A DNA stretch of 35,688 bases from the NCBI GenBank assembly GCA_030613605.1, contig JAUWLO010000002.1:1-35688 (forward strand). Direction: 5' to 3'. This document shows positions 26,702-35,024 of the stretch, piece by piece (positions within the stretch are counted from its first letter, which is position 1; every line of letters starts with the position of its first letter). A program made the position numbers and the translations under genes. This stretch comes from Gammaproteobacteria bacterium (GTDB taxonomy: Bacteria > Pseudomonadota > Gammaproteobacteria > SZUA-152). The notes below the pieces were generated by a model, which was not told the origin of the DNA, searched no databases, and was given only the letters and a program-made list of their open reading frames with translations.

Positions 26702-28090
26702 CTAACGTTTACGTCGAGACCACCAGATAAACAGCCCTGCCCCGGCGAATGTTAGCGGAATGATAAACAGAAAACCGAAACCAATAACACCCTGTGCCAT
26801 GGGGGACAATTGTAGATTTTTATCGACAGCCATTTTTACCGGGATGTCGATAAAATTATCATCGTGCGCCAACCAGTTAATTATATTCATGCCCATCTTA
26901 AGATTGCCGCCATTGCCCAGGTAGGCATTAGAAAGAAAATCACCATCGCCAATGACTACAATACGTTGGGTAGTTGATTTGACGCCAGTTGATTGTTTGC
27001 CGGTTAATGGGGTTTCCGGTGACGGAATTTTGCGTGTTAACGCGACCCCGATTGTGAATGGCCCGGCGACATCACTGCCCTTGTTAAACTGAATAGAACC
27101 GGCAATTTTACCGGTTTCTGACCAGCTGCGTGCTTCAGTGCGAAGCAGATTATGACTGGTCCAGCCTGGTAGAGGCGTCACCTTGAGCCCAACAGATTGT
27201 GGGTAGAGTGTCAGAGCTTCAATATTTTTCGTGACTTCATGGTTTGGGTATTCGGCAACCAGTGCGAAACGAGGGTCATTTAGACCTAACATTTGTGTGG
27301 TTGGATCTACAATGATGCCAGCTTCAAAGCTTATACCCAAAGCTTTGGCTAATGGCATCAAACCGTGCAAATCACCCGGGTCTGTCAGCCACAGCAGGTT
27401 GCCGCCATCAGCGACATATTGATTGATGAGTTTTACTTCCCCGGGTAGTAAACCCACTTGTGGGCCAGCAAGTACCAGCACACTTGAGTTGTCCGGTAGC
27501 TGCGGATTTTGAGCCAGGGTATGTGCCTGTGCTTTGAGTCCCCTGGCTTCAAGATGTTGAACCCAGTTGCCTAAATCATGATTGGCTGTTCCTTGGGCTT
27601 TGCGTTCTCCATGTCCATCGAGAAATACCAGCCAGCGATCACCACTACGTGCAAGGCGCTGTAAAACATTGGTGATGTCCTGTTCAGAAATATTTTTGAG
27701 CGTTTCCTGCCGACCCTGGTACTTTATCAGTAACTCGCCATTGAGTCTGATGCCCAGGGTACGAATTTCATCGGGCACAAGGTCTGGATTAACAAAATTC
27801 AGGGTTAAATCCGTTTTGTATCGTTGGTAGCGTTTAATGATAGAGGTAACGGAGCGGCGAATATTTTCGTCTTCCGTGGCATAACTGGTTATGGAAACCG
27901 GGTCTTTTAACTGATCTAGTAAAACTGTGCTGGCTTCAGAAAGTGTATTGCGCCCCGCTGCAGTCCAGTCAGCCTCAAAGCTGTAGCGTGTGCTCAACCA
28001 CGCCAGTGCGCTGGTAACGGACAAGAGCAATACCAGAAAAACGGTATTTTGTATCCGCAGTTGACGATGTGTTTTATGAGTAACCAGCAT
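26702..28090 (-). CDS. GldG-like ABC-transporter auxiliary component
   Basis: 462 aa with N- and C-terminal TM anchors flanking a large periplasmic domain. It follows the ABC-2 permease and ATPase genes, as in gldA/gldF/gldG-type loci. Confidence 0.65.
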   Translation of the reverse strand: MLVTHKTHRQLRIQNTVFLVLLLSVTSALAWLSTRYSFEADWTAAGRNTLSEASTVLLDQLKDPVSITSYATEDENIRRSVTSIIKRYQRYKTDLTLNFVNPDLVPDEIRTLGIRLNGELLIKYQGRQETLKNISEQDITNVLQRLARSGDRWLVFLDGHGERKAQGTANHDLGNWVQHLEARGLKAQAHTLAQNPQLPDNSSVLVLAGPQVGLLPGEVKLINQYVADGGNLLWLTDPGDLHGLMPLAKALGISFEAGIIVDPTTQMLGLNDPRFALVAEYPNHEVTKNIEALTLYPQSVGLKVTPLPGWTSHNLLRTEARSWSETGKIAGSIQFNKGSDVAGPFTIGVALTRKIPSPETPLTGKQSTGVKSTTQRIVVIGDGDFLSNAYLGNGGNLKMGMNIINWLAHDDNFIDIPVKMAVDKNLQLSPMAQGVIGFGFLFIIPLTFAGAGLFIWWSRRKR

Positions 28091-28132
28091 TTATTTTAAG
28101 GCCGTCATTAATAGTTTGCTATTGTTGATCTT

Positions 28133-28882
28133 TTAATGTTGAAGTCTGTCAGCATCAAGACGATGCACGCTTAAAATAAGACAGAGTCCTGTTATCAACA
28201 AGTAGTAAATAATATCTGCACTGCTGAAGTTACCCTGCAATAAAGGCTGGTAATGGCCGAGTAAGGACAGGTAAGCAAATAATTCGCTACCACCACCAGT
28301 AGTCCCTGCCAGATTTAATATCCATAACAGCAATAAAATTCCAAAGCTGCCAATTGCAGCGACGGTAGGCTGACTGGTTAGTGTCGAAATAAATAAACCA
28401 ACACTGCAAAAAGTGGCCAGCAGCAATATTAACCCGAGTAATCCGGAAAACCAGACGCCAATATCCAGCGCGCCGCCGGTAAGCAGACTTAACGGCATGA
28501 GCGCGATCAACAGCACCATAATAAGTACAAAACTGAAGACACCGACAAATTTTCCCAGAATAATTTCGGTCATGGATACCGGCGCACTGATTAACAGACT
28601 CAGAGTTTGGCCACGACGTTCTTCGCTTACCAGTCGCATGGTTATCAGAGGCACTATAAGCAGGAGTATCGTTGCGGCTGTACTGTATAAAGGTGCGACG
28701 ATGATGTCAGTGATGCCAGGGCCATTGGGCAATGCTGCGATACGTGGCTGTAATTGCATGAATAAATCAACGTACAACAGAAAAAAATAGGCGCACAAAC
28801 CTTGCACGACGGCAAGAATGACCCAGGCCAGTGGGGAGAGAAACAGTGAACGTAATTCACGTCCTGCGATTGTCCAGATCAT
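28133..28882 (-). CDS. ABC-2 type transporter permease (GldF-like)
   Basis: Polytopic membrane protein. The track ORF (to 28957) would overlap the ATPase gene by 62 nt. The ATG at 28882 (MIWTIAGRELRSLFLSPLAW) lies 13 nt after the ATPase stop and has GAGGG upstream. Confidence 0.8.
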   Translation of the reverse strand: MIWTIAGRELRSLFLSPLAWVILAVVQGLCAYFFLLYVDLFMQLQPRIAALPNGPGITDIIVAPLYSTAATILLLIVPLITMRLVSEERRGQTLSLLISAPVSMTEIILGKFVGVFSFVLIMVLLIALMPLSLLTGGALDIGVWFSGLLGLILLLATFCSVGLFISTLTSQPTVAAIGSFGILLLLWILNLAGTTGGGSELFAYLSLLGHYQPLLQGNFSSADIIYYLLITGLCLILSVHRLDADRLQH

Positions 28883-28895
28883 GAAGCTGATACCC

Positions 28896-29858
28896 TCATG
28901 CTGCAGCGGTTTCCGTGCTTTCGTTAGCCTCTGTTTCGGACGTGGTGATATCGACAAAGATTTCTTCCAGCGAGCGTTTTTCCGGGGTGAGCTCCAGAAG
29001 TTCCCATCCCTGAGTTACCGCTGTATGGGCAATAGCGGCTGCCGGGTTGGTTTCGGGGTCATGATGAATACGTAAGCAACCATTTTCGAGCTCATCTACT
29101 GCACTGACACCGTTGATAGACAGTATGGAATCTTGATTGGCTGGCCTGCCCAGGCGCACCATAAGACTGGAGGTTTGCATGCGTTGCGCCAGACCTTCAA
29201 TGCTATCCCTTAATACCAGTTTGCCCTGATGGATGATTTGCACATGGTCACAGGTTGCCTGTACTTCCGGCAGTATATGGGTAGATAAAATCACACTGTG
29301 TTCGCCGCCCAGCTCCCGGATCAGGTGGCGTATTTGTCGAATTTGAATAGGGTCGAGGCCAACAGTGGGTTCGTCGAGCACGACAACAGCGGGTGAGTGA
29401 ATAATGGCCTGCGCAATGCCCACGCGTTGTTGATATCCCTTGGACAGATTGCCAATGAGTCGGCCGCCGACATCGCCGAGTCCGCAGCGATCTTTAACAG
29501 AACCTATTGCCTGGCTTTGCTTGCTGCGAGTGATGCGATTCAGGCGCGCACAAAATTGCAAATATTCATCTACAGTCAACTCACGATACAACGGAGGTTG
29601 TTCAGGCAAATAGCCGATTTCGGCCTTGGCAGCTTTGGGTTGGTCCAGTATGTCGATGCCGTTGATGGTAATGCGACCATGATGGGGAGCCAGATTACCG
29701 GTAATCATGCGCATGGTGGTGGATTTGCCGGCGCCGTTAGGCCCAAGAAAGCCCAGCACTTCTCCACGGCGAACTTCAAAGCTGAGATCATCCACGGCAC
29801 GATGCGATCCATAGAAGCGCGTCAATTGTTCGACTTGAATGAGAGTTTGGTCTGACAT
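28896..29858 (-). CDS. ABC transporter ATP-binding protein (ABC-2/GldA-like)
   Basis: Walker A GPNGAGKST, signature LSKGYQQR and Walker B VVVLDEPT. Confidence 0.92.
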   Translation of the reverse strand: MSDQTLIQVEQLTRFYGSHRAVDDLSFEVRRGEVLGFLGPNGAGKSTTMRMITGNLAPHHGRITINGIDILDQPKAAKAEIGYLPEQPPLYRELTVDEYLQFCARLNRITRSKQSQAIGSVKDRCGLGDVGGRLIGNLSKGYQQRVGIAQAIIHSPAVVVLDEPTVGLDPIQIRQIRHLIRELGGEHSVILSTHILPEVQATCDHVQIIHQGKLVLRDSIEGLAQRMQTSSLMVRLGRPANQDSILSINGVSAVDELENGCLRIHHDPETNPAAAIAHTAVTQGWELLELTPEKRSLEEIFVDITTSETEANESTETAAA

Positions 29859-30009
29859 TAGCGCCTATTATGAATGCTTATCCGGCTACTGCCTACTTCC
29901 TGAGTTAATCCGTATGATATATTCTCACGGACAAAGTTCAAACTGGTTCTTGGTGTTCTATAAACCACAGTATTAAATCGCTGTATTAAGCCAGAAAAAA
30001 CCACAGGAT

Positions 30010-31071
30010 GTGAATAAAAAAGTGGAATATCCTTACTGTATAAAATTTGGTTTTGATAGTGCCAGCATCGAATCACGCCTGAGGTGGCTGGAGCTTGAAT
30101 TTAGTGATCATGTGACGGCATGGCAATTACAGGAGTTGGTAATAGCGCCAAATTCGCAAACAATCATCGATGATTTTTATACTTATCTGGGTGGCATCGA
30201 CGAGAGCAAACCATTTCTTGCGGATAAAATAACGGTAGAGCGATTAAAGCAGACCCAGAAAATTTACCTGGAAAATCTGGGTATAAAATTTGATAGCCCA
30301 GAGTATTTTGAGTCCAGATTACGTGTCGGCCAGGCCCATGCCTGGATTGGTCTGAGTCTAAGCCTGTACCAGTGCTCCTATCGTCTGTTAACTCAGCTCA
30401 TTATCGATCATATCCCGGCAGACTGCGAGAGCTCTCTGCGTGAAGAACTCCAAATATTTATCCATAAAATAACGGCTCTGGATATGTCATTGGCCATCGA
30501 AACCTACCACATTGCCCAGGTGCGAACCCTGGAGGAATCGCTGGATCGAGCCCATATTCAGGAAGATCAGTTACGCTTTGAAGCCAGTACCGATGCTCTA
30601 ACAGGCCTCTATAATCACGAACATATTTTGTCGATTCTGCGTCGGACTCTTGAAGAAGATACACTGGCCAGCAAACCGACGTCGGTAATGATGGCAGATC
30701 TGGATCACTTTAAAGAGATCAATGATACTCATGGTCATCCGGTGGGCGATAAGGTATTAATGGAGGTGTCACGTCGCCTTGGAAGTGCTGTGCGAGATTT
30801 TGATAGCCTGGGGCGTTATGGTGGCGAGGAATTTCTCATTGTTCTGAAAGGCACCCCCCTGTCTACCGCGTTGTCTGTGGCTGAACGTATGCGTGAACAT
30901 ATTGCAGCTGGGCCGGTAAGTTTACATGGCCCCAAGGTTGATGTGACTATCAGCGTGGGTGTGGCAGTTGTACAACCCGGTGATGAGCCGGATGACCTTG
31001 TGAGTCGCGCCGATAAGGCGCTTTATGAAGCCAAAGCAGCAGGCCGTAACTGCGTTAGATCTGTGAATTAA
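30010..31071 (+). CDS. Globin-coupled sensor diguanylate cyclase
   Basis: The N-terminal sensor-globin hallmarks are distal IIDDFYTYL and proximal-His block RVGQAHAWIGLSLSLY (compare HemAT and DosC). The C-terminal GGDEF domain has DALTGLYNH, DLDHFKEINDTHGHPVGD, active site GGEEF, and an RxxD I-site (RDFD) exactly 5 residues upstream of it. GTG start. Confidence 0.8.
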   Translation: MNKKVEYPYCIKFGFDSASIESRLRWLELEFSDHVTAWQLQELVIAPNSQTIIDDFYTYLGGIDESKPFLADKITVERLKQTQKIYLENLGIKFDSPEYFESRLRVGQAHAWIGLSLSLYQCSYRLLTQLIIDHIPADCESSLREELQIFIHKITALDMSLAIETYHIAQVRTLEESLDRAHIQEDQLRFEASTDALTGLYNHEHILSILRRTLEEDTLASKPTSVMMADLDHFKEINDTHGHPVGDKVLMEVSRRLGSAVRDFDSLGRYGGEEFLIVLKGTPLSTALSVAERMREHIAAGPVSLHGPKVDVTISVGVAVVQPGDEPDDLVSRADKALYEAKAAGRNCVRSVN

Positions 31072-31073
31072 CC

Positions 31074-33098
31074 ATGCCTCTGCTTGGGGTTGATACTGGT
31101 GGTACCTTTACTGATTTTGTATTACTCACCGAGTCTGATGGACAGGCACCCGTACTTAAAGTCCATAAAGTTCTTTCTACACCCAAAGCCCCTGAACAGG
31201 CGATTCTGCAGGGCATTTCAGAGTTGGGCCTAAATGAGTTAGGTTCAGGTGAAAACGAAAAGCTTATTGTAGTACACGGTTCCACCGTGGCAACCAATGC
31301 GGTGCTGGAAAATAAAGGCGTTCGTACCGCGTATATAACCAATTACGGTTTGCGTGATTTGTTAAGTATTGGTCGCCAGGCCCGGCGAGAACTCTATAAT
31401 CTTAATCCCCAACCTATACAGCCTCCCGTACCCCGTGACTTATGTCTGGAAACGGGTGGCCGTTTAACTTCCGATGGTGAAGAGCTTGAAGCTTTGTCTG
31501 ATGAAGAGCTTGCTGTTCTTAAGTCTACTTTGGAAAAACTGGCGCCTCAGGCAGTCGCCATCAATTTATTATTTTCATGGCTCGATGACCAGTATGAAAA
31601 ACGTATTGCCGAGATTGTACCCAAAAGTATGTTTGTTTCGCGTTCCTCGGCAGTGTTGCCGGAATATCGTGAGTATGAACGTGGAATTACTACCTGGTTA
31701 AACGCATCAGTTGGGCCGATAGTGAAAAGTTATTTACAACGGCTGTGCAAAGCGTTGCCGCAGGCAAAGATATCAGTGATGCAAAGTGCTGGCGGTATTA
31801 TTGAAGCCGAGCAGGCAGGTGAACAGGCGGTGCATTTGTTGCTGTCCGGCCCTGCGGGCGGAATGGCGGGGGTAATGCACGTCGGTCAGCTTGCAAACGA
31901 ACATCGTTTGCTCGGTTTCGATATGGGCGGAACTTCTACGGATGTATCGCTTGTTGATGGAGGCCTGGCGGGTAAAAAAATTGAGCTGCAGTTAACGACC
32001 GAAGGTCACATTGGCCCCTACCCTGTGGGTGTTCCCATGGTGGATATACATACTATTGGTGCCGGGGGTGGTTCCGTTGCGAGTGTGGATGGTGGTGGCT
32101 TGCTACAGGTTGGTCCGGAATCCGCAGGGGCTGATCCCGGTCCGGCCTGTTATGGCAAGGGTGGAACCAGGCCAACGGTGAGCGATGCCAATCTGGTATT
32201 GGGACGGTTACGAGCAGATGCCTTTCTGGGCGGTGGTATGCCGCTGGATGAAACCGCTGCCCGTAAAGCAATGGCAACGGTGGCAAGGCCTATGGGTTTA
32301 TCACTAGAAGCCGCGGCCCAGGGTATTATTGATGTAACCAATGAAAACATGGTGCGCGCTCTACGGGTCATGTCGGTGCAGCGGGGGCTGGATCCGGCTG
32401 AACTGACACTGGCGTGTTTTGGCGGCGCCGGAGGCCTGCACGTGTGTGCCCTGGCAGAATTGTTGGGTATGCAAAAAGCCCTGGTACCGATACATGCGGG
32501 CGTACTGTCGGCGTTGGGCATGCTGGTTGCACCACGCGCCCGTCATCTTTCGCGGACCCTAAATCTGTTGTTATCTGCCGTCGATGAAAACGATTTAAAT
32601 AATGAAATTAAAAAACTGGCCAACCAGGGCCGCCAGGCTTTACTGAAGGAAGGTTTTGCTGAAAAAGATATCTCAATAAATCCCGGGGTGGATGTACGCT
32701 ATCGTGGTCAATCTTCCGTTATTAATCTGCCATGGAATAATGCACGGCAAACGGCAGAAGATTTTCATGTAAAACACGAAACCCTGTATGGGCATCGGCT
32801 GGATCTGGAGATTGAATTAGTCAACTTGCGAGTCAAGGTGCAAGGACCGCGTCCTGCTGTTTCATTCAGTCAGATCAAAGATCCTGAGAGCGAACCTGCT
32901 ACCAGGGAGTCCTTTGTACAGAAAGCCCCGCTCGCAGGAATAAATGAGCCGGTATCGATATATGCTCGTGATTCACTTACGGCAGGAGAAACAATATCAG
33001 GGCCTGCCCTGATTACCGAGACTGTTTCGACAACGTTTATTGCCCCGGGCTGGAACTGCGTGATGGACAGATACGGCAGTTTACGCCTGTCACGCTGA
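31074..33098 (+). CDS. Hydantoinase/oxoprolinase A-family (HyuA-like) ASKHA ATPase
   Basis: 674 aa. N-terminal LLGVDTGGTFTDFVLL and second phosphate motif GFDMGGTSTDVS. It starts 2 nt after the cyclase stop. No HyuB-like partner is present in the window. Confidence 0.85.
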   Translation: MPLLGVDTGGTFTDFVLLTESDGQAPVLKVHKVLSTPKAPEQAILQGISELGLNELGSGENEKLIVVHGSTVATNAVLENKGVRTAYITNYGLRDLLSIGRQARRELYNLNPQPIQPPVPRDLCLETGGRLTSDGEELEALSDEELAVLKSTLEKLAPQAVAINLLFSWLDDQYEKRIAEIVPKSMFVSRSSAVLPEYREYERGITTWLNASVGPIVKSYLQRLCKALPQAKISVMQSAGGIIEAEQAGEQAVHLLLSGPAGGMAGVMHVGQLANEHRLLGFDMGGTSTDVSLVDGGLAGKKIELQLTTEGHIGPYPVGVPMVDIHTIGAGGGSVASVDGGGLLQVGPESAGADPGPACYGKGGTRPTVSDANLVLGRLRADAFLGGGMPLDETAARKAMATVARPMGLSLEAAAQGIIDVTNENMVRALRVMSVQRGLDPAELTLACFGGAGGLHVCALAELLGMQKALVPIHAGVLSALGMLVAPRARHLSRTLNLLLSAVDENDLNNEIKKLANQGRQALLKEGFAEKDISINPGVDVRYRGQSSVINLPWNNARQTAEDFHVKHETLYGHRLDLEIELVNLRVKVQGPRPAVSFSQIKDPESEPATRESFVQKAPLAGINEPVSIYARDSLTAGETISGPALITETVSTTFIAPGWNCVMDRYGSLRLSR

Positions 33099-33102
33099 TT
33101 AC

Positions 33103-33127
33103 CCTTAAAAGACGACCTTTTGAGGGG
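33103..33127 (+). terminator. Hairpin downstream of the HyuA-like gene (weak terminator candidate)
   Basis: 10-bp stem cccttaaaag / cttttgaggg (one G-U pair) with loop acgac. There is no following T-run. Confidence 0.3.
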
Positions 33128-33216
33128 TTAAATAGCCGTTAAGCATTGTTTTCATGAGCCGATATATCTATAAATACAACGAGTTATCATGATTTAGGCG
33201 TTAAATTGGACTAAAG

Positions 33217-34749
33217 GTGGAGCGGGAATTGCTCAAATTTTCAAGATTCATATTGTCGGGGTTAGTTCTGTGCTGTGTAGCGCTGTCTGCTCAGGCTGCC
33301 TATATCGAGCGCACTATTACTGTTGATGGCAATATGAGTGACTGGTATGACAATAATCCTCCCCCTGTTTATAACCCAGCCGGTGACATAACTAATAACA
33401 CCACACCTAATCAATTCAGTAACGATGGCGAAGATGGTGGTGATCCAAATGATGATCTGGATGAACCCATTGCCAATACGGGCAGAGATTTAAAGAAATT
33501 TTCGTTTACCTGGGATGCCACATACCTTTATTTTTACGTTGAGCGTTGGGCCTCTTCTACCAATGTTACCGACTGGTGGTTTTATATTGATACCAACGCC
33601 GATGGTGTATTGACGTCTGGTGAGAAGGTGTTTCGTGTTAACTGGCAGGGTGCTAACCGCAAGACTAACACCGAGCTGTGGGATTATGTAGCAAGCAATG
33701 CTGGTGGTGATCCGCTCACCAATGCAGGCGTAGGTGATGGTTACACCATGCCGGGTGGCATTACCAATCAGGTGTCGCTTTATTCCAATGTGGTTGCTGG
33801 TGCTGCTTCGGGTACCGAGATGGAATCACGGGTGACATGGGTGCAATTGTTAGGTACTGGTGGCGGCCCATCGAATCTTAGGTTTCATATTTCGTCTTCC
33901 AATGGCACCAACCTGCCAAACAACATTCTGGATAACATGGATGGGCCGGCAGGCGGACAGTTGTTTCCAAAGGACTTACAGATTTCAAAAACCGCTTCGG
34001 TTGCTTCTATATTAGGTAACCAGCCATTTACCTATACCATTACGGTGTTTAATGCCGCCATTGTTGATTTTACCAATGTGGTGATATCCGATGTGATTCC
34101 CGCAACCACTACCTACGTAAGCGATACACCAGAAGCAGGTACAACATTTGATGATACTGACGCCAATAGTATTCCCGATGAATGGAGTATTCCGACGTTG
34201 CCGGCGAATACTACCTACACCCTAACCATTGATGTAAAGGCGGGTGTTGTACCGGTAACGATGACGGCAACCAATACGGCAACATTAACAGCATCAGTTC
34301 CCGCAGATGAAGATGCAACCAATGACAGCGCCAGTGTCGATGTGAGTATTCTCCCCGTGCCGGTATTAACAATGGTTAAGTCTGCCTCAGCACCAACTGC
34401 TGATCCCGGAACAAATATAGCCTATACCATTCTCGTGACCAATACTGGCGGTGCTGCAGGCCATACTGTGGTGGTGACCGATGCGCTTAGCCCATTTTCA
34501 ATGTTAAGACTTAATGGAGGAACACCCTTCCAGCTTACAGAAGGCGCAACAGCCTCGGGATTAACATTAGGGACTACTACCTATTCAGATGACAACGGTG
34601 CTACTTATACTTACCCGCCTATTTCTGGTGGGGGTGGTGCGCCGGCGGGTTATGATGCCAATGTGACTAACTGGAATATTGACATGGTAGGTACGATGGC
34701 CTCTTCAAACAGTAGTTTTGATATTCAGTATCAGGTGCAGCTGCGTTAG
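33217..34749 (+). CDS. Secreted DUF11-repeat surface protein with N-terminal sugar-binding-like domain
   Basis: GTG start. It has a signal peptide (LVLCCVALSAQA/AY), an N-terminal ITVDGNMSDW-type beta-sandwich domain, an EF-hand-like loop DTNADGVLTSGE (33589-33624), and two DUF11-type repeats (DLQISKTASV...FTYTITVFN; LTMVKSASAP...IAYTILVTNTGG). Confidence 0.75.
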   Translation: MERELLKFSRFILSGLVLCCVALSAQAAYIERTITVDGNMSDWYDNNPPPVYNPAGDITNNTTPNQFSNDGEDGGDPNDDLDEPIANTGRDLKKFSFTWDATYLYFYVERWASSTNVTDWWFYIDTNADGVLTSGEKVFRVNWQGANRKTNTELWDYVASNAGGDPLTNAGVGDGYTMPGGITNQVSLYSNVVAGAASGTEMESRVTWVQLLGTGGGPSNLRFHISSSNGTNLPNNILDNMDGPAGGQLFPKDLQISKTASVASILGNQPFTYTITVFNAAIVDFTNVVISDVIPATTTYVSDTPEAGTTFDDTDANSIPDEWSIPTLPANTTYTLTIDVKAGVVPVTMTATNTATLTASVPADEDATNDSASVDVSILPVPVLTMVKSASAPTADPGTNIAYTILVTNTGGAAGHTVVVTDALSPFSMLRLNGGTPFQLTEGATASGLTLGTTTYSDDNGATYTYPPISGGGGAPAGYDANVTNWNIDMVGTMASSNSSFDIQYQVQLR

Positions 34750-34803
34750 TTAAACATTTTCTTCAAAGACAGGTTAAGGCATGGAGTGGGTGAAGGGAAT
34801 CGA

Positions 34804-34872
34804 CCGATCTGTAGGGAACAGATCGGGATAGCTTGGCTGCCCGAAAGGTGAAAACCATGGAGGGTTTTCATC
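34804..34872 (+). other. Two adjacent stable hairpins in a 274-bp spacer (function unknown)
   Basis: Hairpin 1: ccgatctgt-aggga-acagatcgg (34804-34826, perfect 9 bp). Hairpin 2: ggtgaaaacc-atggag-ggttttcatc (34847-34872, 10 bp with one G-U). Neither is followed by a T-run. Confidence 0.4.
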
Positions 34873-35024
34873 AGCCCGCCTCACTAGCTTGGGAAGCCAG
34901 GGTAATACCGATATACGATACCGCACAGTATTTGTTATTTATTACCATTTTGTGCCGAAGTTCATATTATGGCAAAAAAGGGTGGGCTAAATCCGGTAAG
35001 ACTGTGATAGGATAATTCTCCATT

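Noticed and set aside
34833-35015. 60-aa ORF from the track in the DUF11/GGDEF spacer
   Set aside because: It has a TTG start and no SD, it runs through two stable hairpins, and its sequence has no recognisable motifs.
34750-35024. c-di-GMP riboswitch upstream of the GGDEF gene
   Set aside because: I could not find the conserved GEMM-I features I remember (the GCAAA / ACGCAAAGC-type junction motifs and the tetraloop-receptor arrangement) or class-II-like motifs. Without an Infernal scan the claim is unsupported.
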